From an uncultured delta proteobacterium (lineage in GTDB: Bacteria > Desulfobacterota > Binatia > Binatales > Binataceae), in contig CAVQEQ010000003.1 of the NCBI GenBank assembly GCA_963711565.1, positions 32,001 through 96,000 on the forward strand: DNA of 64,000 bases, in the 5' to 3' direction. This document shows positions 38,936 through 48,438 of this stretch, piece by piece. Both the position numbers and the translations under genes were made by a program. The notes under the pieces are model-generated. The model had not been told where the DNA came from, made no database searches, and worked only from the letters and a program-made list of their open reading frames with translations. The first letter of the stretch is position 1. Each line of letters begins with the position of its first letter.

Positions 38936-39008
38936 GCTCCTCCCCTCCCCGAACCCTGAGAGCAAAGTAACGCGCCGCGCGCAACTTTGCGTTTCTCACA
39001 TTCACCCT

Positions 39009-39065
39009 GGGTGCAGGGGTCACCCCTGCCGAAGGAAGCGTGAAACCCACGGTGGGTTTCACATT
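39009..39065. repeat. Palindromic intergenic repeat, copy 2
   Basis: GGGTGCAGGGGTCACCCCTGCCGAAGGAAGCGTGAAACCCACGGTGGGTTTCACATT. Confidence 0.85.
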
Positions 39066-39134
39066 TGATAAAGTGATTAACCCTTCCCACCCTGACATGG
39101 ATCGCGCGTAATGTTACGATTTGCGGGCAACATC

Positions 39135-39431
39135 ATGGCTCAAACCAAAATAACCCTCGAACAAGTGCGCCACGTTGCGCGGCTCGCGCGCCTGGAACTG
39201 TCGCCGGATGACGAAGAGCGTCTGCGCGCCGACATGGACGAAATGCTCGCCTACGTCAACAAACTGAACGAGCTGGACACCAGGGACGTCGAGCCGACGA
39301 CGCAGGTCGGAGAGGCCGGCACGCCGATGCGCGACGACGTGGTGACCAACCAGCCCGCCGCCGACGCGATGCTCGCGAACGCACCGTCTCGCGATCGCGG
39401 CTACTTCAAGGTGCCGAAAATAATCGAGTAG
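39135..39431 (+). CDS. gatC: Asp/Glu-tRNA amidotransferase subunit C
   Basis: VRHVARLARL, ELDT, RDDV, YFKVPKIIE. Confidence 0.96.
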   Translation: MAQTKITLEQVRHVARLARLELSPDDEERLRADMDEMLAYVNKLNELDTRDVEPTTQVGEAGTPMRDDVVTNQPAADAMLANAPSRDRGYFKVPKIIE

Positions 39432-39443
39432 AACTTTTTCTGC

Positions 39444-40904
39444 ATGGCATCGGAACTCAACAAACTCACAATCGCCGAGGCGTCGTCAAAACTCCGCGCG
39501 CGTGAGATCACAGCGACGCAACTGACGCGCGATTGCCTCGAGCGCATCGCCGCCGCCGAGCCCAAGCTCCACGCTTTCCTCACCATCTGCGAGAAGGAAG
39601 CCCTCGAACAGGCGCGCGCGGCTGACGCTCGCCTCGATGCGGGCAACGCGCCTGCGCTGTGCGGGATTCCGCTCGGCATCAAGGATATCTACGCGACCAA
39701 AGGCGTTCGCACGACCTGCGCGTCGCGAATTTTGGAATCGTTCGTGCCGCCATTCGACGCGACCGTGATCGAGCGGCTGCGCGCGGACGGCGCGGTGTTC
39801 ATCGGCAAGACGAACATGGACGAATTCGCGATGGGCTCATCGACGGAGAACTCCGCGTTCGGCGCAACGACGAATCCGCATGACACGTCGCGCGTCGCTG
39901 GCGGCTCGTCGGGCGGCTCTGCCGCGGCGGTCGCGGCGCACGAATGCCTCGGCGCGCTCGGCACCGACACCGGCGGCTCGATTCGCGAGCCGGCGAGTTT
40001 CTGCGGAGTGGTTGGGATCAAACCGACTTACAGCCGCGTCAGCCGCTACGGTGTCGTCGCCTACGCGTCGTCGCTCGACCAGGTCGGCCCGTTCACCAAA
40101 TCAGTGCGCGACGCCGCGATCATCCTGCGCACGCTCGCAGGCAAGGACTTCCGCGACTCGACCTGCTCGGCCCGTCCGGTCCCCGACTTCGAACGCGCGC
40201 TGACCGGCAACGTCAAGGGACTTCGAATCGGTGTGCCGCGCGAATTTTTCGTTGAAGGGATGCAGCCCGAGGTCGAGAAGTCGGTGCGCGCCGCGCTCAA
40301 GCATTATGAATCGCTCGGCGCCTCGACGGTTGAAGTCTCGCTGCCGCATACCGGCTACGCGGTCGCAGCGTATTACCTGGTCGCGACCGCGGAGGCGAGT
40401 GCGAATCTCGCGCGCTACGACGGTATCCGCTTCGGCCTGCGCGTCAACGCGGAAGACAATATCGTGCTGTACGAAACCACACGCGCGCAAGGGTTTGGCG
40501 CCGAAGTCAAGCGGCGGATCATGCTCGGCACTTTCGCGCTCTCGGCCGGCTATTACGACGCCTACTATCTAAAGGGGCAGAAGGTGCGCACGCTGATTCG
40601 CAAAGATTTCGAGCGCGCGTTCGAGAAATGCGATCTGATCGTCACGCCGGTTGCGCCGACCACCGCTTTCAAGCTCGGCGAGAAAATGAACGACCCGCTG
40701 ACGATGTACCTGTCGGACATCTTCACTATCTCCGTTAACCTGGCCGGCCTACCCGGGATGGCGATGCCGTGTGGGCGCGATGCGAACAACCTGCCGATCG
40801 GGATGCAACTGATCGCGCCGCCGTTCGCCGAGGAAACAATTTTGCGCGCGGGCGACGCATTCGAGCGCACCGGTGCATTCAAGCCGCGCGCACCGGTGGT
40901 CTGA
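39444..40904 (+). CDS. gatA: Asp/Glu-tRNA amidotransferase subunit A
   Basis: Amidase signature [25 protein letters not shown]. Confidence 0.97.
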   Translation: MASELNKLTIAEASSKLRAREITATQLTRDCLERIAAAEPKLHAFLTICEKEALEQARAADARLDAGNAPALCGIPLGIKDIYATKGVRTTCASRILESFVPPFDATVIERLRADGAVFIGKTNMDEFAMGSSTENSAFGATTNPHDTSRVAGGSSGGSAAAVAAHECLGALGTDTGGSIREPASFCGVVGIKPTYSRVSRYGVVAYASSLDQVGPFTKSVRDAAIILRTLAGKDFRDSTCSARPVPDFERALTGNVKGLRIGVPREFFVEGMQPEVEKSVRAALKHYESLGASTVEVSLPHTGYAVAAYYLVATAEASANLARYDGIRFGLRVNAEDNIVLYETTRAQGFGAEVKRRIMLGTFALSAGYYDAYYLKGQKVRTLIRKDFERAFEKCDLIVTPVAPTTAFKLGEKMNDPLTMYLSDIFTISVNLAGLPGMAMPCGRDANNLPIGMQLIAPPFAEETILRAGDAFERTGAFKPRAPVV

Positions 40905-40909
40905 GTGAC

Positions 40910-42352
40910 ATGACGACGAATCGTGAAGCATACGAGGCGGTGATTGGACTCGAAGTCCATACCCATCTCCTGACCCGCTCGAAACTCTTCTGCGGATGCT
41001 CGACGACGTTCGGCGCGGGCCCAAATGAAAACGTCTGCCCGATCTGCATGGGCATGCCGGGCGTGCTGCCTGTACTCAATCGCCGCGTAGTGGAGCTGGC
41101 TATTCGGACCGGACTCGCAGCGCATTGTACTATTGCTCCTTACTCTATTTTCGATCGCAAAAGTTACTTCTATCCCGACCTGCCGAAGGGCTATCAGATT
41201 AGTCAGTACGAAACTCCAATCTGCAAAGGTGGCTATATCGATTTGCCGCCAACTGAGAATGGCGAGACGCGCCGAATCGGGCTCACGCGCATCCATATCG
41301 AGGAAGATGCGGGCAAGAATATCCATCACGAGAGCGCCAGCCTCGTCGATTTCAACCGCTCGGGCGTACCGCTGATCGAGATCGTCAGCGAGCCCGACCT
41401 GCGCTCGTCCGAAGATGCGGGTGCCTACCTGCGCCAACTGCGCGCGATACTTCGCTACGTCGATGCGTCCGACGGCAAGATGGAAGAAGGCAGTTTCCGC
41501 TGCGATTGCAATGTGTCTGTCCGCAAGCGCGGCGCGACTGAGTATGGCGTTCGAACTGAGATTAAGAATCTTAACTCATTTCGTTTCGTCGAAGACGCAA
41601 TTGAGTATGAGGTTGATCGGCAAATAGCTATTGTCGAATCGGGCGGCAAAGTCGCACAGGAAACTCATCTATGGGATCCGACGCGCAAGGAAACCCGCCC
41701 GATGCGATCGAAGGAGTATGCGAATGACTATCGCTACTTCCCCGAGCCCGACCTGCCGCCGCTGATCGTTCCGCCCGAGATGGTCGAGCAGGTGCGCGCC
41801 TCGATGCCCGAGTTGCCGGCCGACCGCAAAGCGCGCTACGTGCGCGAGGGCCTTACGGAATATGAAGCCGGCGTGTTGATCGCCGATCGCGACATCGCCG
41901 ACTACTTCGAAGCCACACTACCGGGGCTCAAGAATCGCAAGAGCGCCGCGAACTGGGTAATGACTGAAGTGCTGCGCGTCGCTCGCGACTCGGACAAACC
42001 GTTCGTCGAGGCGGTACCGCCGGCGAGCGAAGTCGGCGCGCTGCTCCAAATGGTCGAAGCGCAGAAGATAAGCTTGAACGCCGCCAAGACCGCATTCGCC
42101 GCGATGGTGAGATCCGGCAAGGGAGCGGAAGCAACAATCGCCGAGCTAGGACTCGCGCAAGTATCAGACGAAAACGCAATCGCGGCAGCCGTTGACAAGA
42201 TACTCGCGGCAGAGCCTGCAAAGGTCGCGGAGTATCGCGCAGGACGCGACAAGCTATTCGGCTTCTTCGTCGGCGCAGTAATGAAGGCGATGGGCGGAAA
42301 AGCAAATCCGAAAGTGATCAACGAAATCCTGCGCGCAAAACTCGCCGGCTAG
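40910..42352 (+). CDS. gatB: Asp/Glu-tRNA amidotransferase subunit B
   Basis: VIGLEVH, YFYPDLPKGYQISQ, DYRYFPEPDL, GFFVG. Confidence 0.97.
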   Translation: MTTNREAYEAVIGLEVHTHLLTRSKLFCGCSTTFGAGPNENVCPICMGMPGVLPVLNRRVVELAIRTGLAAHCTIAPYSIFDRKSYFYPDLPKGYQISQYETPICKGGYIDLPPTENGETRRIGLTRIHIEEDAGKNIHHESASLVDFNRSGVPLIEIVSEPDLRSSEDAGAYLRQLRAILRYVDASDGKMEEGSFRCDCNVSVRKRGATEYGVRTEIKNLNSFRFVEDAIEYEVDRQIAIVESGGKVAQETHLWDPTRKETRPMRSKEYANDYRYFPEPDLPPLIVPPEMVEQVRASMPELPADRKARYVREGLTEYEAGVLIADRDIADYFEATLPGLKNRKSAANWVMTEVLRVARDSDKPFVEAVPPASEVGALLQMVEAQKISLNAAKTAFAAMVRSGKGAEATIAELGLAQVSDENAIAAAVDKILAAEPAKVAEYRAGRDKLFGFFVGAVMKAMGGKANPKVINEILRAKLAG

Positions 42353-42356
42353 CCCA

Positions 42357-42770
42357 TTACTTCCGGACATACAGTTTGTACTTGACGCCGGTGAGAGTTG
42401 TTTCGCCTTCGGCGAAAGCCTGGACGCTGTTCAGCCACGCGTATTTGCCTTTGGTTGACGCGGCAAAAGTTGGCGCGGTGCTTATACCGGTCAGTCCCGT
42501 CGCGCCCATCCTGCCGCGGCCGGTGTAAGTCATGTAGATGTTCTCGCCGTCGTCGGTTTGCAGCGCCAGGCGCACATCGATGACGCCGACGCCGTCAGCG
42601 CGCATCAGGAACCAGTCGCCACCGCTGGCCAACAGAGTGCCTTTGAGCCGCGCGCCTTCGAACTTGCCGCCAGTGATGTGAACGATGACGCGAGTGCCGT
42701 CGGGAGTATCCGAAATGACGATCGGTGGCGCGACTTCGGCTGTGATTTCGAAGAGTGGTTCCAATTCCAT
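42357..42770 (-). CDS. DUF3237 domain protein
   Basis: TPDGTR, GGKFEGARLKG, GGDW, LQTDDG, KYAWLN. Confidence 0.85.
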   Translation of the reverse strand: MELEPLFEITAEVAPPIVISDTPDGTRVIVHITGGKFEGARLKGTLLASGGDWFLMRADGVGVIDVRLALQTDDGENIYMTYTGRGRMGATGLTGISTAPTFAASTKGKYAWLNSVQAFAEGETTLTGVKYKLYVRK

Positions 42771-42810
42771 GTTAGGTGACCTCATCGACTTTTGGCGAGT
42801 TAGCCCTTAC

Positions 42811-43929
42811 TCAGTTGAAGCCGAACGCTCTGGTGGCGTTGTCCCACAGGATCTTCTTCTTGCTCGAATGCGGAATCGATTGTTTGAGTAGTGCGTCGAT
42901 GCCCCATGGGAACGTGCCGTCTGGATGTGGATAGTCAGTGTCCCAGAGAAAGTTGTTGTCGCCTACTATATCGAGGGCGGCTTTCATGGTCGGTTCGTCG
43001 CCGCGGAAGGCCACGAAGAAGTTGCTTTTGAAATACTCAGTCGGGCGCTTGCGCAAATACTCGTGCTCCGAGTTGCCGCTGAAGTCCCAATGCTGTTCCA
43101 TCCGCTGCAGCCAGTACGGAACCCATCCGCCGTCTGCCTCGACCTGGACGACGCGAAGCTTGGGGAACTTTTCGATGACGCCGTACCAAATGAGACCAGC
43201 CATCGCGGCCATCGCCTCGAACGGATGCGACAGGATATGGCCGGTGACGTGAGTGTCCATCCGATCGCCGAAGGACTCGACCGACGCCGAGCCGGAGTCG
43301 TGGGTGGAAATCGGGCGACCGAGCTTTTCGATCTCGGCCCACAGCGGAATGTAGTCGTCGTGGAAGATCGCGCGGCCGCGGACCGGGTTGGGACGCACGT
43401 AAAAGCTGATGGCGCCGTTTTTCGCGGTGCGACCGGCCTCCTTGATCGATTCGCTCACGTCCTGCATTGGCAAAATGGCGGCCCACTTCACGCGGTCCTT
43501 AGTCTTCGAGCAGTAGTCGGCGCTCCAATCGTTGTAAGCGCGGCAGCATGCGGCGAGCAGTTGCGGGTCGCGGAATTCGCGACCCAGCATCTGGCCGGCT
43601 GCCGTCGGATAGACAATCTGGACGTTGACGCCCTGCTCGTCCATGTCGAAGATGCGGCTTTCGGGACTGAAACCGAGCTTGGCCGCGCGCTCGAAACGCT
43701 TCATCGCCTTGCGCACGGCGTCGAGGAAGCCGGGCGCCGCCATCGGGTATTTGCCTTTTTCGCGGGTGAATGGTTCACCTTCGACCAGGAATGTACGACG
43801 GCCGGACTCAGGCGCAATACCCATTTTGGGTGCGGAGACTTTGTATCGTTCGTCGATGTATCGCTCGAATACGTAGTCGGGTTCCATCAAGTGAGTATCT
43901 ACATCGGCGATTTTGAATCCTTCTTTCAT
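42811..43929 (-). CDS. Amidohydrolase_2 family metalloenzyme
   Basis: DVDTH, AYNDW, FPKLRVVQVEADGGW, TDYPHPD. Confidence 0.92.
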   Translation of the reverse strand: MKEGFKIADVDTHLMEPDYVFERYIDERYKVSAPKMGIAPESGRRTFLVEGEPFTREKGKYPMAAPGFLDAVRKAMKRFERAAKLGFSPESRIFDMDEQGVNVQIVYPTAAGQMLGREFRDPQLLAACCRAYNDWSADYCSKTKDRVKWAAILPMQDVSESIKEAGRTAKNGAISFYVRPNPVRGRAIFHDDYIPLWAEIEKLGRPISTHDSGSASVESFGDRMDTHVTGHILSHPFEAMAAMAGLIWYGVIEKFPKLRVVQVEADGGWVPYWLQRMEQHWDFSGNSEHEYLRKRPTEYFKSNFFVAFRGDEPTMKAALDIVGDNNFLWDTDYPHPDGTFPWGIDALLKQSIPHSSKKKILWDNATRAFGFN

Positions 43930-43964
43930 GGTAATACTCCAAATACTACTTGATTAGCTAATTG

Positions 43965-44984
43965 CTAATCGCCGGGGATAATTAGTGCTTTTACTCCGCG
44001 GCGCTCGCGCAGAAGGTCGAAGGCTTCGAGGCCGTGGAAAATAGAATAGCGATGGGTGACCATTGGACGTAAGTCAACGGCGCCGCTCGAGACCATCGCG
44101 ATCGCGCGGCGCCAGGTTTCCGGTGTGCGGATGCGCGAGTTGACGATCGTCACGCCGTGGAAAAAAAGCGAGCGCAACTCGGCGGATTTGAGATCGCGCG
44201 CGGGCCATCCGACTTCGACGAGTTCACCGCCGCGGCGGAGCAGTTCGCGCGGCGAGTCGATTGCACCTGCCGCGTCGAAGACAACGTCGGCGCCATCCGG
44301 CGGGAGCAACGCGCGCACCTGCTCGATCCAATCGCGATCGCCGGCGGAGACGGTGCGAAATCCCATCTTGCGAGCGAGCGCGAGACGATCGGCGTCCACC
44401 GCGAGCCCGGTCATCACTATTGATGTGACGCCAAGAGCGCGCGCGGCCATCGCGATACTGAGACCGATCGGTCCGGGACCTTCGACGACCGCGCTGTCGC
44501 CAGCCTTGAGACACGACTGTTCGACGGCATGAAGACCGGTGCCAAAGGGCTCGAGCAGTGCAGCCTGCTCGATATTCATCGTAGCTGGAACCAGGTGCGC
44601 ATTACCGACAGGCGCGACCGTGAATTCTGCGAAGGCGCCCGAGAGCGTGGTCGGTGATGAGCAAAGATGGAAGCGGCCGGCGCGGCACGGACCGCATCGC
44701 CCGCAATGGCCGAATGGATCGAGCGCGACGCGATCGCCGACTTTGAAGTTGGTCACGCGCGCCCCGACCTCGACAACTTCACCGGCGGGTTCGTGGCCGA
44801 GAATTACCGGGAGGCGGGCGACCATCCGTTCGGCGCCGAGTTCCCAATCCACTATGTGCAGGTCGGAGCCGCAGACGCCGCACGCGCCGACGCGAACGAG
44901 CAGCGTGGATTCGGCGGGCACCGGCACCGGAGCGTCGATCACTTCAGCGCCGGGAGCAGGACGGGTCTTGGCGATCGCCTTAAT
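43965..44984 (-). CDS. Zn-dependent alcohol dehydrogenase (MDR, threonine dehydrogenase-like); probable ATT start
   Basis: CGSDLH, LGHE, CxxCxxC...C, GPGPIG; in-frame extension ATT-KAIAKTRPAPGAE behind GGAGG. Confidence 0.88.
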   Translation of the reverse strand: MKAIAKTRPAPGAEVIDAPVPVPAESTLLVRVGACGVCGSDLHIVDWELGAERMVARLPVILGHEPAGEVVEVGARVTNFKVGDRVALDPFGHCGRCGPCRAGRFHLCSSPTTLSGAFAEFTVAPVGNAHLVPATMNIEQAALLEPFGTGLHAVEQSCLKAGDSAVVEGPGPIGLSIAMAARALGVTSIVMTGLAVDADRLALARKMGFRTVSAGDRDWIEQVRALLPPDGADVVFDAAGAIDSPRELLRRGGELVEVGWPARDLKSAELRSLFFHGVTIVNSRIRTPETWRRAIAMVSSGAVDLRPMVTHRYSIFHGLEAFDLLRERRGVKALIIPGD

Positions 44985-45066
44985 TTTGCGGAACCTCCGA
45001 GTACCTTCAATACGACGGCGCGGCGGTGCGCGTCAAAGAGAAGGCGTCGAGAGGAAGTTCTAAAAA

Positions 45067-46352
45067 CTACTCCCAGTGGCGCAGAGGAGCGCCGCGATAA
45101 CGCATGCGCGGACGGATCAGGCGGTTGTCGGCGTATTGCTCGAGCGCATGCGCAATCCATCCGGAGGCGCGGCCGATGGCGAAAATTGCTGCGGGCATCG
45201 CGCGCGGAAACCCGAGCATCCGGACGCATACCGTGAGGTAGAAATCGAGGTTGGGACGCAGGCGTTCGCGCTTCGACACGGCGCCCTCGACTCTCTGCGC
45301 GGTTTCGAAGAGTCGGCGGCCGCGGCGCTTTGCGATTGCCTGCGCGACATGCCGCAACAGCGTGGCGCGCGGATCGCCATCGGGATAAATCGCGTGACCG
45401 AAGCCGGGCGGCAGGCGATGTTCACGGGTAAATGCGGCGAGGCACTCGTCAACGCGCGAGCCGGATTCGAGCTCGGCAAACATCGACTCGATGCGATCGC
45501 ACGCGCCGCCATGAATCGGTCCGCTCAGCGAACACAGCGCGGAAAGCACCGAGGCAAAGAGGTCGGCGCCGGTGCTCGCGATGACGCGGGCGGCGAAGGT
45601 CGAGGCGTTGAGCTCGTGCTCGGCGCACGCGATCAGCACGCGGTCGAGCGCCTCGACTTCCCAGTCCGAAGCTGTCGAGCCGGGGACCCATCCAAGCAAA
45701 CGTCCGGCCATGCCGGGGCTGCCGGGCGCCCTGGAGCGGGCGGCTGCGCGAGCGCAAGCGGGAGCTGGCTGATGATGAGCTTGGCGCGATCGATTCGAGT
45801 ACGCGGCGGCTGGCGGCGATCCCACGCGGCAAGACTGGGCATCGCCGCCGCGAGCCGCAGCAACGGAGGCGCATCGTCGCCGACGGCGGCGAGGGCCTCG
45901 GCCACGGAGGTCGGCATCTGCGCGCCGTGAATTTCGGCCCGGAGCGCGGCGATTTCCTCGGCGACTGGTCGCTCGCCGCTCCACAGCAGGAGGCAGACTT
46001 CCTCGAACGACGCCTGCGCGACGATTTCCTCGATCGGATATCCTCGATAGGCAAGCTTGCCCTCGTTGATCGAACTTACGGCGGACTCGGCGACGATAAC
46101 GCCCGGTGCGCCGTCGTCGATGCTCTTGGGTTGCGCGACTGTAACCCACGTCGATGCCGCTGGGAGGCTGCGTCCGCGGCGACCGCGTTCGGTGGAGACG
46201 ACGCCGCGCAGCGCCTCGATATCGGCGCGTCGATAGAGCGCCTGGCGCCCCACTTTCCGGCGGTAACTTTTCAGCCAGCCGCGGCTGACGTAGGCGTAGA
46301 GCGTACCGAGCTTGACACCGAGCTGATCGGCCGCCTCGCCGGCTGTCATCAT
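45067..46352 (-). pseudogene. HTH-citrate synthase fusion, frameshifted near 45710-45760 (possible sequencing error)
   Basis: N part: TAGEAADQLGVKLGTLYAYVSRG HTH plus LAYRGY...FEEV. C part in another frame: EHELNASTF, GPIHGGA, GFGHAIY, DPRA, PNLDFY. Confidence 0.85.
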
Positions 46353-46504
46353 GCCCGCGCGTTCGGAATTGGCACGTTCGGGATTGCTAATCGCCACCAT
46401 GAGAATCACGCCATGCCCGTGGGGGCCGCGTCAAGTAGTAGCGAGTCAACTTGCGTCCAGATAGGCGCAGTTATATACAGTCAAGCTCACGGGAGGAACA
46501 CTGC

Positions 46505-47299
46505 ATGAGCCCGGCGGAAGTGCGATTCAAGGACTTGCGGGCCGATTTTGGAAAGACGGCCGCCGACTACGGACGTCATCGCGCCGGGTTTCCCGACGAA
46601 TTCTTCGAGCGGCTGGCGGCTGCGGGAATCCTGAGAGCGGGAATGCGCGCGCTCGACCTGGGGACGGGCACCGGCACGATCGCGCGCGGGCTGGCGCTTC
46701 GAGGATGCGAAGTTACCGGGCTCGATCGATCGGAACCGCTGATGAAGCAGGCGGCGGAGATGGATCGCGCAGCGGGCGTAGTAGTGAAGTACGTCAATGC
46801 GGCGGCGGAAGATACGGGAATGCCGGCGGCGGAATTCGATCTCGTGACGGCGGGACAATGCTGGCATTGGTTCGATCGTCCGCGCGCGGCCGCCGAGGCA
46901 AGGCGCGTGTTGAAGCCGGGCGGCAGGCTCGTGATCGCGCATTTCGACTGGATTCCGCTGCCGGGCAACATGGTCGAGGCAACCGAGAAGCTGATTGAGA
47001 AACACAATCCGAAATGGAAGTTCGGCGGCGGACTGGGAATCTATCCTAATTGGCCGCGCGACATGGCGGTCGCAGGTTTCACAAATATCGAAACGTGCTC
47101 GTTCGATCTCGACGCGATCTACTCGCATGAAGCGTGGCGCGGGCGGATTCGCGCGAGCGCGGGAGTGGGCGCGAGCCTTGCGCCGCAAGCAGTCGTGGCC
47201 TTCGACGACGAGTTGCGCGCGATGCTGGCGGAGCGCTGGCCCAAAGATCCGATGCCGGTGCTGCATCGCGTGTTCGCGGCAATCGGCGTCGCACCGTAG
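46505..47299 (+). CDS. Class I SAM-dependent methyltransferase
   Basis: RBS GGAGG; LDLGTGTG, GQCWHWF, LKPGG. Confidence 0.92.
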   Translation: MSPAEVRFKDLRADFGKTAADYGRHRAGFPDEFFERLAAAGILRAGMRALDLGTGTGTIARGLALRGCEVTGLDRSEPLMKQAAEMDRAAGVVVKYVNAAAEDTGMPAAEFDLVTAGQCWHWFDRPRAAAEARRVLKPGGRLVIAHFDWIPLPGNMVEATEKLIEKHNPKWKFGGGLGIYPNWPRDMAVAGFTNIETCSFDLDAIYSHEAWRGRIRASAGVGASLAPQAVVAFDDELRAMLAERWPKDPMPVLHRVFAAIGVAP

Positions 47300-47359
47300 C
47301 TCGCTTTGACGAGCGGCGGTGAAGGTCGGCTATAGTCGCGTCCCAGAGAGGGAGTGACT

Positions 47360-48430
47360 ATGGATTTTGGAACACTGATTTTCACCAAGCCGGAGCGCGC
47401 GATTACCGACGTCAAGTACGCCGAGGAGCGCGGCTTCACGCACGCGTGGATTCCCGACTCGCACATGATCTGGGGCGACACCTACGCTTGCATGGCGTTG
47501 GCGGCCGTCAATACGAAGAAGATCAAGCTCGGCACGGGCGTGGCGATCGCGTCGAACAGGATCGCGCCGGTCACGGTCCATTCGATCGCGACGATCAACC
47601 AGCTCGCGCCCGGACGAGTGATACTGGGATTCGGCACGGGGCATACCGGGCGCCGCGTGATGGGATTGCCGCCGGTCAAGCAGGCCGAGTTCCGCGAGCA
47701 GGTGCGCGTGATACGCGATCTGCTCCGCGACGGCGAGGCGATCTACAACACCGAAGGACTGAGCCGGAAAATCAGGTACCTGCATCGCGATCGGCGCTTT
47801 ATCAACCTCGACGACAAGATCCCGCTGTACGTGGCCGCCAACGGGCCCAAGACATTGGCGCTCGCGGGCGAGTTTGGCGACGGCGCGATCACGACGGGAA
47901 TAACCGACGAGGATCGAGTCGGCGCGGTGCGCAAAAGTCTCGAGGCGGGCGCGTCGAAGGTCGGCCGCAGCGCGGACAAGATGCCGATCGTATCGCTCAC
48001 GCACATTTGCGTGCTGAGGCCGGGCGAGAAACTCGATTCGCCGCGGGTGAAGGCGATGACCGGGCACTGGGTGATGGCGAGCTTTCACGCGATCGCGGCG
48101 GGATATGCGCGCGCGGGCTATCTGCCGGAGGCCGTCGCGGAAGTTTACAAGGCGTACGAGGAGTACGTCGCGAAGATGAAGACGCCGCCGGCCGAGCGCT
48201 ACCTCGAGCTGCACATCGGGCATTGCACTTACGTCGCGCCCCTCGAGCAGAAATACGTGACGGCCGACACGATCGCGGCCACGACGATAATCGGGTCGAG
48301 GGAAGAGATCGTCGAGCGGCTGCGCTCGATGGAGCGCGCCGGCCTGTCGCAGGTGTTCATAAATCCGCCGATGGACGGCTACAACGATTGCATCGACGAA
48401 ATATCGCGAGACGTGATCGCGCGCATGTGA
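47360..48430 (+). CDS. LLM class flavin/F420-dependent oxidoreductase
   Basis: WIPDSH, IKLGTGV, APGRVILGFGTG, AANGPKTLALAGEFGDG. Confidence 0.9.
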   Translation: MDFGTLIFTKPERAITDVKYAEERGFTHAWIPDSHMIWGDTYACMALAAVNTKKIKLGTGVAIASNRIAPVTVHSIATINQLAPGRVILGFGTGHTGRRVMGLPPVKQAEFREQVRVIRDLLRDGEAIYNTEGLSRKIRYLHRDRRFINLDDKIPLYVAANGPKTLALAGEFGDGAITTGITDEDRVGAVRKSLEAGASKVGRSADKMPIVSLTHICVLRPGEKLDSPRVKAMTGHWVMASFHAIAAGYARAGYLPEAVAEVYKAYEEYVAKMKTPPAERYLELHIGHCTYVAPLEQKYVTADTIAATTIIGSREEIVERLRSMERAGLSQVFINPPMDGYNDCIDEISRDVIARM

Positions 48431-48438
48431 TTGCGTAG

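Noticed and set aside
38750-39000. Long hairpin as 6S, RNase P or SRP RNA
   Set aside because: Lacks the RNase P and SRP conserved motifs, and the stem is explained by two inverted REP-like units
45700-45760. Programmed ribosomal frameshift in the citrate synthase gene
   Set aside because: No slippery heptamer or evident stimulator; a single-base loss or sequencing error is simpler
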